This document shows, piece by piece, positions 10,142 to 19,318 of a DNA stretch of 64,000 bases (the stretch's first letter is position 1; each line of letters starts with the position of its first letter). The notes under the pieces are model-generated. The model did not search any database. It worked only from the letters and a program-made list of their open reading frames with translations, and was not told the DNA's origin. This DNA comes from an uncultured Planctomycetota bacterium (GTDB taxonomy: Bacteria > Planctomycetota > Planctomycetia > Isosphaerales > Isosphaeraceae), in assembly GCA_963845755.1 (NCBI GenBank), contig CAWJTV010000013.1, forward strand, positions 1 through 64,000, in the 5' to 3' direction. Position numbers and translations under genes: made by a program.

Positions 10142-13100
10142 TCAGTCCGGGTCACCCACCAGCACGAACGCGGCCCAGAACCGCGGATGACCGAACGGCC
10201 GCGGGCCGGTAGGCGGGGGCTGCTGAGGCGGCTGAGGTGCTACCGATTTGCCGGCCGAGGCCAGCGGGCGCACCGTCCCGCGCTGCGATAACGCGGTCAG
10301 CTCGTGGATCACCTCATCCCGGGTGAGGTTCCGCAACCAACGCTTGGCCTCGTCCAGCGCCTCGGCCTTGGGCATCGGCTTGGTGAGCCCCGGCCGCTCG
10401 CCGAGCAGGTTCTGGTAGAACCGCACCATCAAGAGCGCGGTGGCGACGTCGCTCACGCTCCACTGGCTCAGCACCAGGCTGCGGGCTCCCTTGATGAACA
10501 GCGCCTGGGCGAAGCCCAGATAACCCTCGCCGCTGGCCTGCCGGCCGAGTCCGGTCTCGCAGGCGGAGAACACCACCATGTCGGCATCGAGGGTCCAGGT
10601 GTTGAGGATCTGCTCGGCCGTGATCCGGCCGTCGGACTCGATTGCCGAGAGCCTCGAGGGCGGGCGGCCACCCGCGTCGGGGCCCAGGATCAGGGCGGAG
10701 CTCATCGCCACATCGGGGTCGACTGACCCGTGGGTCGCGAAGTGGAGGAACCGCAACTGCGCCAGTTCTCCCGAAGCGGCCAGATGCTGGACCGCTCCCT
10801 CCGTGGCCTGCGCGCCGAGGAGTGTCGTCGCTGCCGCCGTGGGGAAGAGCGCGGCGATCGCCTGGACTTCGCGGCGCGTGCCGGGCAATCGCGGCAGCGG
10901 GTTCGCCGACCGTGGATCATAGAGCGGGTCGCCCACGGCCAGGAGCTTCCGCGCGCGAGGACGGCTCGCGCCCGCCTTCACGAGCTGGGCGAACAGGGTC
11001 CCGGAGGGCGCGTAGGAGACGACCAGCGGCGGACCGTCCGTCCGGGCTTCCACCAAGACCTCGATGGGAATGCCGGCCATGTCCGGTGATGGGAGCACGA
11101 TCAGCCGGCGGAGGCCCTTGAGATGGGGCGCGAGCGGCGCCAGCCGCTGGCGGGCGACCCGGGCGGCCTGCTCCCGCCAGTCGGAGTCCGCGTCCAGCAG
11201 GGCGACGCGGAGCTCTTCCCGGAGCCGATCATCCGGATCCGTCCAGGCTCCATCCGCCCCACTTCCCGGGGCCCGAATCCAGATCGGATCCCCCTCGGGC
11301 GCGCACCAGGCACGCCCAGTGCAGGGATACCGTCCGTTGCTGATCCTTCACATCCACCCAGCCGACCAGGGCCGCGTCGGGCGGCAGCGTGGCCTGGATC
11401 GCTTCCAGCGAAGTCCGCTTGCCGCCGAACGCCCCGTACTGGGCCTCGAATGCCTGATCGAGTTCCAGCAGCCGTCCGTTCAGGGTGTCCCGTTGTCGGC
11501 GCAGGCGGTCCAGCACGACCTGGGTTTGCGCGCTGGGGACGCGGTTCTCGGTCAGGTCGCCGATCTGCTCGTCGAACTGCTGGATCTGTCGGCGGAGGCG
11601 CTCTTCCTGGGTCCGCTGCGCGGGGGTCAGCGGCCGGAGCTGTCGGGCCGAGAGGTCGTCGAGCAAGCCCTGGCCCAGGCTCGACTCCCACCGCCTCCAG
11701 GCCTCGCGGACTTGACCCTGCGAGGCCAGGGCGGCGGCCAGCGCAGGCTGCGGGTCATAACGGACGGCCTGCGATCTCCCCAGCCCCGATCGGCTCAGCG
11801 CCCGTCGGCCTCTCTCGAAGCCATCGGATGCGGCCGTCCAGGAGGTGATCGCCTCCGCGGTCCGGCCGAGCGCCTGCAAGGCATAAGCGAGATTGTTGTA
11901 GGCCAGTGCCGTCTCGGGGTGGTCCTCGCCCAGCGTCTTGCGCCGGATGTCCAGGGCCTTCTGGGACGGGGGCAAGGCGTCGGCGTACCGTCCCTGGCGG
12001 GCCAGATCGTCGGCCAGATTGTGGTAGGCCAGGCCGGTGTCGGGGTGATCCTCGCCCAGGACCTTGCGACGGACCTCCAGGCTCTTCTGATACAGGGGCA
12101 AGGCGTCGGCGTACCGACCTTGACGGGCCAGGCTGAAGGCCAGGTTGTGATAGGCTGTCGCTGTGTCGGGGTGATCCTCGCCCAGGACCTTGCGGTAGAT
12201 GTCCAGGACCTTCTGGTGCAAGGGCAAGGCGTCGGCGGGCCGCTTCTGTTGATCCAGGTTCATGGCCAGGTTGTTGTAGGTCTGAGCGGTGTCGGGGTGG
12301 TCCGCGCCCAGGACCGCGAGCCGGATCTCCAGGGCTTTCTCGTACAGGGGCAGCGCGTCCGCATAGCGCCCCTGCTCGTCCAGGTTGGCACCAGATTGTT
12401 GTAGGCCGTTGCGGTGCTGGGGTGGTCCTCGCCCGCGACCCGGCGGTAGATGTCCAGGGCCCGCTGGTGCAGGGGCAGGGCGTCGGCATGCCGCCCCTGA
12501 CGATCCAGGTTGGCGGCCAGGTTGCCATAGGCCATTGCGGTCTCGGAGTGGCCCTCGCCCAGGACCTTGCGCCGGATCTCCAGGGCTTTCTGGAACAGGG
12601 GCAGTGCGTCAGCATGCTGTCCCTGACGATCCAGGTTAGCGGCCAGATTGTTATAGGACACCGCGGTGCTGGGGTGGTCCTCGCCCAGGAGCTTGCGCCG
12701 CAGCTCCAGGGCCTTGCGGAAGAGGGGCAAGGCGTCGGCATGACGCCCCAACTCACCCAGGTTGGTCGCCAGACTGTTATAGGCCATCGCGGTGCTGGGG
12801 TGGTCCTCGCCCAGGCCCTTGCGCCGGAGCTCCAGGGCCTTCTGATACAGGGGCAGTGCGTCGGCACGCCGCCCCTGCTCATCCAGGCTGACGGCCAGGT
12901 TGTTGACGGGCGTCGCCGTCGCAGGGTGGTCCGCGCCAGCCAGCGTCGGCGGGTTTCGATCACGGCGCGATAGATTTTCTCGGCCTCGCGGTACGCGTGC
13001 TTTCGTTCCAGGGCGACGGCTCGGCGCTCTTCGGAATAGGCCGAGCTCATGGCGCGCTGGCCTTCCGCAGGGAGGCTCGCCAGCTCCTTGATCAGGTCCA

Positions 13101-13408
13101 ATCGATAACGCGAGCCGACCGTCTCCCAGTGCCCTGCACCGAGCAGCCTGGTGCGAATCTCGAGCACTTCGCGAGCGGGAACCAGGGCCTCCGCGAACCG
13201 CCCCGCATCCTCGAGCTGGCTGATCTGCCGGTTGAGGGCGGCAACCTTCGAGGCCGCTTCCTTGGTGAGACGACGCGGCGCAGGAGGAAGAGACGTTTCT
13301 CTTCTCTTTTTCGGTTTGCGATACAAGCCCGGCGGCTGGAGCCAGGGTCACCACCGTTGTGACGACGATCAAGAGGCTGATGGATTTAACCGGGGATCGA
13401 GGTGTCAT
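10142..13408 (-). CDS. exported TPR-repeat CHAT protease, module 2 (several frameshifts)
   Basis: Signal peptide (SISLLIVVTTVVTLAPAAG), 42-aa TPRs (LGEDHPSTAMAYNNLA), CHAT motifs LPGTRRE, HFATHGS, FSACETG, VLSQWSV, FWAAFVLVG. Confidence 0.9.
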
Positions 13409-13451
13409 GAAGGGTGTTCCGGATGGGATGCCTATTGCACGATCGATGGGA

Positions 13452-15314
13452 TTACCGTCGGTTCTTGACAGGAAAGGCGAGAGCCTGGATCGCCTCGACT
13501 CCGGGACCGGCCCGGAGGGCGCGGCAGGCCGCTTCCAGTGACGGCGGCAGGTCGGCCAGGGGACGGACATCGCCGCGCGGGGTGTCGCGACCGAAAGAGC
13601 GTCCGTTGTATTGCCAGACGTTCTCGATCGGGGCCGGTTTCCAGGGCAGATTGCCGAGCTTGCGAGTCCATTCGCCATAAGGCGGCAGGGGCTGGGCCGA
13701 GGCGACCAGGACGAACGCCTGTGTGCCGGCCCCGTCGGTCAGGCCGAAACCCGAGAGTGGGTCGGGCGGGTAGTCAATCGTGGCCGTCGCGGCCGGGGCG
13801 ATCTCGGGCGATTTGGGATAACAGAGCTGGGTCGTGCCGTTGGGATTCAAGGCGATCAGAAAGCAATGGGCGGGGATGCTGAGCTGGACCTGAACGCGGA
13901 CATCCTGTTCGACCCGGCTCACGAAGGCCTCGCTTCCGATCCGTCCCGCGGGATCACCCGGCACGCGGCCGTGAAGCTCGGCATGGAACGATTCGACTCG
14001 CAGCGCCGCGGGCGTCAACGAGATCGGTGCTGATGGGGCGCGTTCAATCACCACGGTGGAGATTTGAGACGGGATGGGGTCCGGCCGGGGCCACACGTGA
14101 TTGAGCACCAAAGGCCCGAGCACGGCGAGGGCGCATGCAGCCGACAGCACGCCCAGAACCTTCGGCCGGATGAGATACGCGCCGCAATGCCTTCTCGAAG
14201 GCCTCGGCCGAAGGATAGCGCCGGTCCGGATCTGCGGCCAGGGCCTTGAGACAGATCCGCACCAGCCGTCGCGGGACCTTGGCGAGGCGGAGGGCGTCCT
14301 TCTCGAAGTCGCAACGCTTGGCGCGGTCCCAGATTTCCTCCGTGGTCTCGCCCACGAACGGCGGTTGGCCGGTGAGGAGTTCGTACAGGACCGCACCCAA
14401 ACCGAAGACATCGCTCCGCGGGCCGATCCGGTCGTATTCGCGTCGGGCTTGCTCGGGGGCCATGTAGGCCAGCGTGCCGCCCCAGGTCGAGTCGGGGCAG
14501 TCGGACCAGGCGTGCCGCAGTCGCCCAGGCCGAAGTCGATCAGGCGGGGCTCACCCGATTCGTCGATCAGGATGTTCCGCGGCTTGATGTCGCGGTGGAT
14601 GACCCCTCGCCGGTGGACCATCGCCAGGGCGCCGGCCAGCCTGGCCACCAGTTCCGCCGCTCGTCGCGGAGTGATCGGCTCGTCGCGGGCGTAGTCCTCG
14701 AGGTTCCGGCCGTGGATGTACTCCATCACCAGGAACGGCTGCTCGTTGTGGAAGTCCAGGTCGTAGATCTTCACCAGGTTGATGTGCTCCAGGTCTTTCA
14801 GCAGCCGGCCCTCCTTGACGAGTGAGACACGCTCGTCGCCGCCGACAGGCCGGCGACCCAGTTTGAGCACCATGTCCTGGCCCAGCCCGGGATGGATCAC
14901 CCGGTAGACGTCCCCCTGGGCTCCGCTGCCCAGCGTCTCGACGACCAGGTATTTACCGATGGCGCCGGGCCGCTCGGCCTGCGCCTCGGCGCGTTGCCGG
15001 GCTGCGGCGACCGCCTCCGGCCCGATCGGTTCCGGAGCCGCCGTCTGAAGCGGGTCGGACGTCCAGTCGAGGGTCGTCCCGCCGCCTGATGGCCGGCCTT
15101 CGGGGTGCAACGCCGGGTCGGGCTCGGTCGAAGGGGGGATCCGGCCGCCTTCGAGATCCCGGCGCAAGGCCGTCAGCTCGGCCCGGAGCCGCTCCAGGCG
15201 GTCGCGGCAGTCGGGACATCCTTCCAGGTGCTGCTCGATCGCCGCGACGGCCGGCTCGCCGGTGGCGACCGGCAGCAGCTCGTTCTCGTCAGGACAGGTC
15301 AGAATCGGAGCCAT
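13452..15314 (-). CDS. Zn-finger / Ser-Thr kinase / TM / DUF4384-like protein, module 2 (local frameshift pair near 14520 and 14185)
   Basis: [54 protein letters not shown]-terminal [22 protein letters not shown] domain. Confidence 0.9.
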   Translation of the reverse strand: MAPILTCPDENELLPVATGEPAVAAIEQHLEGCPDCRDRLERLRAELTALRRDLEGGRIPPSTEPDPALHPEGRPSGGGTTLDWTSDPLQTAAPEPIGPEAVAAARQRAEAQAERPGAIGKYLVVETLGSGAQGDVYRVIHPGLGQDMVLKLGRRPVGGDERVSLVKEGRLLKDLEHINLVKIYDLDFHNEQPFLVMEYIHGRNLEDYARDEPITPRRAAELVARLAGALAMVHRRGVIHRDIKPRNILIDESGEPRLIDFGLGDCGTPGPTAPTRPGAARWPTWPPSKPDANTTGSARGAMSSVWVRSCTNSSPANRRSWARPRRKSGTAPSVATSRRTPSASPRSRDGWCGSVSRPWPQIRTGAILRPRPSRRHCGAYLIRPKVLGVLSAACALAVLGPLVLNHVWPRPDPIPSQISTVVIERAPSAPISLTPAALRVESFHAELHGRVPGDPAGRIGSEAFVSRVEQDVRVQVQLSIPAHCFLIALNPNGTTQLCYPKSPEIAPAATATIDYPPDPLSGFGLTDGAGTQAFVLVASAQPLPPYGEWTRKLGNLPWKPAPIENVWQYNGRSFGRDTPRGDVRPLADLPPSLEAACRALRAGPGVEAIQALAFPVKNRR

Positions 15315-15904
15315 CGTCCCATTCCCCCTCGAGCTCGGCGAAGCGGCGCCGGACCTCTTGCAAGACCCGCGAGGCGTAGACATAGACGACGGTCGGCTTG
15401 ATCCCCCGCTCGGCGGCGATCGTCGCGCCCGGCCGGCCCTGGACCAGCCGTCCCTCGAAGCACGCCCAGGCCGTCAATGAGACGGTTGCCCGAACCTGCG
15501 GCAGCACGACCTCCAGGGATCCGCTTGCGGTGCCGATTGCGGAAGATCCCCTCCAGCTCCCGGCTCTCGGACTCATTCATCTCACAGAATCGCCGTCCCC
15601 ACTCCTTTTCCGCACGGTCCCGGACCTTCCCCCGGCGCACCCAATCGATCATCGCGTTGTGCGTGAGCTTCCACAAATACGTGCGGAATCGACCACGTGT
15701 CCGGTCCAGCTCGAAGGTCGGTAGGATCGCCAGCAGCCGCTGGAAGACCTCCTGCGCCAGTTCGTGAGCATCATGCTCCTCGAGGCCAAGGCTGCGCAGA
15801 TATCCGAAGATCACCGGGCGGTAGATTTCGTCGAACTGGTTCCAGCTCGCGGCGTCCGCGAGGTCGCGCACCCGCATCAGGAGCGATAATCGGGTCTCGG
15901 ACAT
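15289..15904 (-). CDS. ECF sigma-70 factor, module 2 (frameshift)
   Basis: TRLSLLMRVRDLADAASWNQFDEIYRPVI, ELAQEVF, RGRFRTYLW; paralog of 9083-9702. Confidence 0.9.
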
Positions 15905-15997
15905 GGCGATCGTACTCGCGATCATCGGATCAGGATCCCTGGGATCGGCACAATTGTCGAGATGGGCGCCGATGTCCTGGGAGCGTACTCACATCAG

Positions 15998-16023
15998 GTT
16001 ACACGGCCCGACGCGGCGATTCC
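15998..16023 (-). promoter_or_regulatory. putative ECF promoter GGAAT-N16-GTAAC upstream of sigma 2
   Basis: Minus strand GGAATcgccgcgtcgggccgtGTAAC. Confidence 0.6.
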
Positions 16024-16564
16024 AGGAAGTGCTCGGATGATCCGCGACCTACTGACCAACGCCGGCCGCTTGAACCTGGAGCGCCTCACACTTGCGTGGC
16101 ACGCGCCCCGCGCTGGGGCACGGTCTGCCGACCTGGCCACCCGGCCGACCGCAGGTCCCCTCCGGGACTCGCCGACCGATGCGGGTGTCATCACGTGGCA
16201 CAATGGGACATCTTTTTGCCAGGGCGCCCTCCCCGATCTCCTTGGCGGATATCCGGTTGCGACGACGACCTGGACCGGGAGGCGCGGTCCGGGAGTCCGT
16301 CTCGGCAGTGATCGCACGTGGGCCATACTCTCAGGATGCCGCAACTTTGGAAAACCGTTAATGCACCTAGCGGGGATTTCGGCCGAGAGCCGCCCCAACT
16401 CTCAGCCCCAGCGGCAGATAAAAAATCCCAAATTATTTTCCGCCTGAAGTTTAGCGGGGGCTTCGCGTCGTCCCGGGGCGTGCGGAATCCAACCGATAGG
16501 CGCTCTAGCCCCAATCCCGTTGAATCAGCGTTAAGCCTAAGAAAAGACGAGACTTGCGAATACC

Positions 16565-16830
16565 TGGTTCCCACGCTCCCGCGTGGGAACACGCTTCCTG
16601 GACGCTCTGCGTCCCTGCGGTCTCCCTGCCGCCCCGAGGCGAAACCGACGCGGAGCGTCGAGGACGGCACTCCCACGCGGGAGAGGCTGTGATTTTTTGG
16701 GTGAAACAGGTCAGATGCACGAAGTTTGATGGGAGCAAGCCCCTGATTTTCAAGGGGTTACAAACATGGATTATGGTCAATGAGTGGGCTTTTCCCCAAA
16801 AAATCACAGCCTCGGGAGCGTGGGAACGAG
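16565..16830. repeat. REP/REPIN element (GTTCCCACGCTC..GCGTGGGAAC family) carrying a MITE
   Basis: gttcccacgctcccgcgtgggaac ... gacgcggagcgtc ... cccacgcggga|MITE|gggagcgtgggaacgag. Confidence 0.8.
16683..16813. mobile_element. 131-bp MITE, copy 1
   Basis: TIR GAGGCTGTGATTTTTTGGG / CCCAAAAAATCACAGCCTC; flanked by duplicated GGGA; near-identical inverted copy at 62949-63079. Confidence 0.9.
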
Positions 16831-16948
16831 AATAACGGTATTGGCTCTAGCCCCAGTGTCCCCTCTCATCCCTTGATACGCACGCCGGACCAGGACCTTA
16901 CATTTCCTTCGGTCATCGGTCATGGGGCGACGACCCACGACCGCCCCA

Positions 16949-16980
16949 TTGACAACTGTCGGAGTAGTCTTACAATTGTC
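16949..16980 (+). promoter_or_regulatory. sigma70-like promoter with two ACA-N2-TGT boxes
   Basis: TTGACA-N16-TACAAT overlapped by GACAacTGTC and TACAatTGTC. Confidence 0.5.
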
Positions 16981-17032
16981 ATAATGAGGTCGGGGATCCC
17001 GTCGTTCTCCATTCTTGTTGAGGAGGTCACCG

Positions 17033-17449
17033 ATGCGACGCTCGACGATCGCCGTGTTCTCGCTGCTCTTGATGCCGTCAACGGCCCTGGCGTGTTACGA
17101 CGAGCACAAGGCGGGGTGGTTCAACGAGATGCCTGCCCGCTCCTGGGAACGGCCCGGAGCGAGCCGGGAGGGAAGTGAGTGGGAGGAGATGTCCGGCCTG
17201 TGGGGCATCGCCGTCGGTACGGCCGCCCTGGCCTTGATCGGGGTCTCGTTCCGGGCCTTTTCCCGCGCCCGGGACAAGGAGCGAATGCAGCCCGTCCCGA
17301 TGGACACCCCGCCACCGTTGGCGTTGCCGTTCGATTGGCCACGTGACCGGACCATCCGCGTCAACCCGGGTCATCAGCCCGGAGAGCCAACCCGAGTCGT
17401 TCCGGCGGAGGTCGGCATTCTTGATGCCGTCGCGACCGATGCGGAATGA
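17033..17449 (+). CDS. hypothetical exported/membrane protein
   Basis: RBS GAGGAGG, signal peptide MRRSTIAVFSLLLMPSTALA, one TM. Confidence 0.7.
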   Translation: MRRSTIAVFSLLLMPSTALACYDEHKAGWFNEMPARSWERPGASREGSEWEEMSGLWGIAVGTAALALIGVSFRAFSRARDKERMQPVPMDTPPPLALPFDWPRDRTIRVNPGHQPGEPTRVVPAEVGILDAVATDAE

Positions 17450-17454
17450 CGGTC

Positions 17455-17829
17455 TCAACCCGCCTGGCGAAAGCTTTGTAGCAGCTCGGGATGACGCAAG
17501 TAGCCCGCGACCCAGATCAGGACCAGGTACACCGATGGAATGACGAACGGCTCGTCATGCTGCATGTGCGTGACGATGGCTCCGCCCATGTAAGCGGAGA
17601 GAAGCAAGACCCCGAGTGAATGCGTTCTCGGGATCGCGAACAGGAGCGCACTGACCAGCTCTCCCACGCCGATCAACACCAAGTGGTTCCCCAAACCCCA
17701 CTTCTGCATCAGCTCGACGACCTGTGCCATACCGAACAGCTTGCCACTCGCGCTGACGAGCAACGAGGCGGTCAGCAGCCCCGTCAACACCCAGCCGGCA
17801 ATCCGCCGACCTCGACTCATCGTGCTCAT
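17455..17829 (-). CDS. DoxX family membrane protein
   Basis: SASGK, IGVGELVSALLFAIPRT, GVLLLSAYMGGAIVTH motifs. Confidence 0.9.
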   Translation of the reverse strand: MSTMSRGRRIAGWVLTGLLTASLLVSASGKLFGMAQVVELMQKWGLGNHLVLIGVGELVSALLFAIPRTHSLGVLLLSAYMGGAIVTHMQHDEPFVIPSVYLVLIWVAGYLRHPELLQSFRQAG

Positions 17830-18122
17830 CCCAATCCCTCTCAAATCCATCACGATCTTCAAGTCACCAAGGCATTCGTATTGTAGATTTTCAGGAATGC
17901 GTCAAGGCGAGCTCGGGCGGTCGTCTGACCCCTCACCGCGCGAGGCCAGTTCGGCGATCGACGCGAATGATCTCCGTCGGGTCCGTTTTCAATCTTGACA
18001 GGTGTACAAAAATATCCTATCCTGTGACAGGATCATGGGGAACGTCACGGGGCGATCTCCATGCATCGCCGGGGTTGGGTTTTCCTGGCTCTCGAACCGA
18101 TTTTCCAGATAAAGGGGATGAG

Positions 18123-18725
18123 ATGAACCGCAGACATGTGGGAATCACCGGGATGGTGATGGTTGTGCTGGGGGGTGGTGGTATCCTGGTCGGGGTTCGG
18201 CTGGCGAGTGCGGAGGACGGCGTGAAGGCGAAGACGGAGGGCGTCGAGGCCAAGGCGGCCTTCGCGCGGCTCAAGGCGCTGGCGGGCACCTGGAAGGTCC
18301 AGCTCGGAGGCGACCATGAGCATGAGGCGGGCAAAGCCAAGGAACCTGTGAAGAAGCACGACGCATCCCCGGCCACGGTCACCTTTGGGCTGACCGGCGC
18401 CGGCAGCACGGTGGTCGAGACCCAGTTCCCCGGCAAGGGGCACGAGATGATCTCCATGTATCATCTGGACGGCGAGGATCTGCGGATGACGCACTATTGT
18501 GCCGCGGGGAATCAGCCGCGCCTGAAGCTCGATCGGGCTCATTCCCAGCCCGACCACCTGATCTTCCTTTTCGACGGCGGCTCCAACCTCGACCCCAAGA
18601 AAGACGTTCACATCCACGGGCTCGAGATCACCTTCCGCGACAAAGACCACGTCATCAGCGCGTGGGAAGGCTATCAGGGCGGCAAGTCCGGTGGTGCCCT
18701 CCATTTCAACATGACCCGTCAATGA
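18123..18725 (+). CDS. conserved exported hypothetical protein
   Basis: Signal peptide; FARLKALAGTW, EMISMYHLDG, THYCAAGNQPRL. Confidence 0.8.
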   Translation: MNRRHVGITGMVMVVLGGGGILVGVRLASAEDGVKAKTEGVEAKAAFARLKALAGTWKVQLGGDHEHEAGKAKEPVKKHDASPATVTFGLTGAGSTVVETQFPGKGHEMISMYHLDGEDLRMTHYCAAGNQPRLKLDRAHSQPDHLIFLFDGGSNLDPKKDVHIHGLEITFRDKDHVISAWEGYQGGKSGGALHFNMTRQ

Positions 18726-18984
18726 AAGGGGTCTGAAGAATGAGCCGTCCGTGAGGAATCCGGCATCGAAATTGAATGAGGTTTCTGACGGCCCAGCGAG
18801 GACTTTCCTCTCCGGGGAATTCGCCATAGCGTCGATGGTCGGCCTGTGGCTCTCGACGGCCTGTAACCCCCCCTGCCCTGCCCGGCACAGCGATCTCATC
18901 CGCGGGGGGTTACAGAGTGTGACGAATCGGTTAAACTTAGCGAGCTAGCGGACGCGGTGTCGTTTCTCCCAACGGAGACGTGCG

Positions 18985-19203
18985 ATGGTGGAACTCGAAT
19001 TTTGGGACGAGCGGCGTGGAGTCACGGTCGCGCGCGTCTCGGCGCACGACTTGGCGATGATTCCGGGTGCTGGGGATCTGGTGTATATCCCCGACGACGA
19101 GGAGTCCGGCGTCTACAGGCACCTCAGAATCACCTCGCGGCACTTCTATTACAGCCAGGACGGCGCCTTGGTCTCGATCCGGCTCTTTTGCGAGGTCTTG
19201 TGA
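18985..19203 (+). CDS. small hypothetical protein
   Basis: RBS GGAG, plausible composition (IPGAGDLVYI). Confidence 0.55.
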   Translation: MVELEFWDERRGVTVARVSAHDLAMIPGAGDLVYIPDDEESGVYRHLRITSRHFYYSQDGALVSIRLFCEVL

Positions 19204-19318
19204 TCGGCGGGCTTGCTGTGCTCCGATAGCCGCGAACGGGACGAGAGCCGGCGGAGACGGCCACAGCCGTTCCCATGCAGAATGCGTGGGGACGCGATCG
19301 CCCGGTAGCGGCGCCGGG

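Noticed and set aside
994..13408. TPR-CHAT as type III-E CRISPR Csx29
   Set aside because: No Cas7-11, Csx30/31 or array is present, and both CHATs have signal peptides
16505..16835. ORFs repeated at 62819-63116 (e.g. MIFWGKAHSLTII...)
   Set aside because: They are translations of the non-coding MITE/REP, not genes
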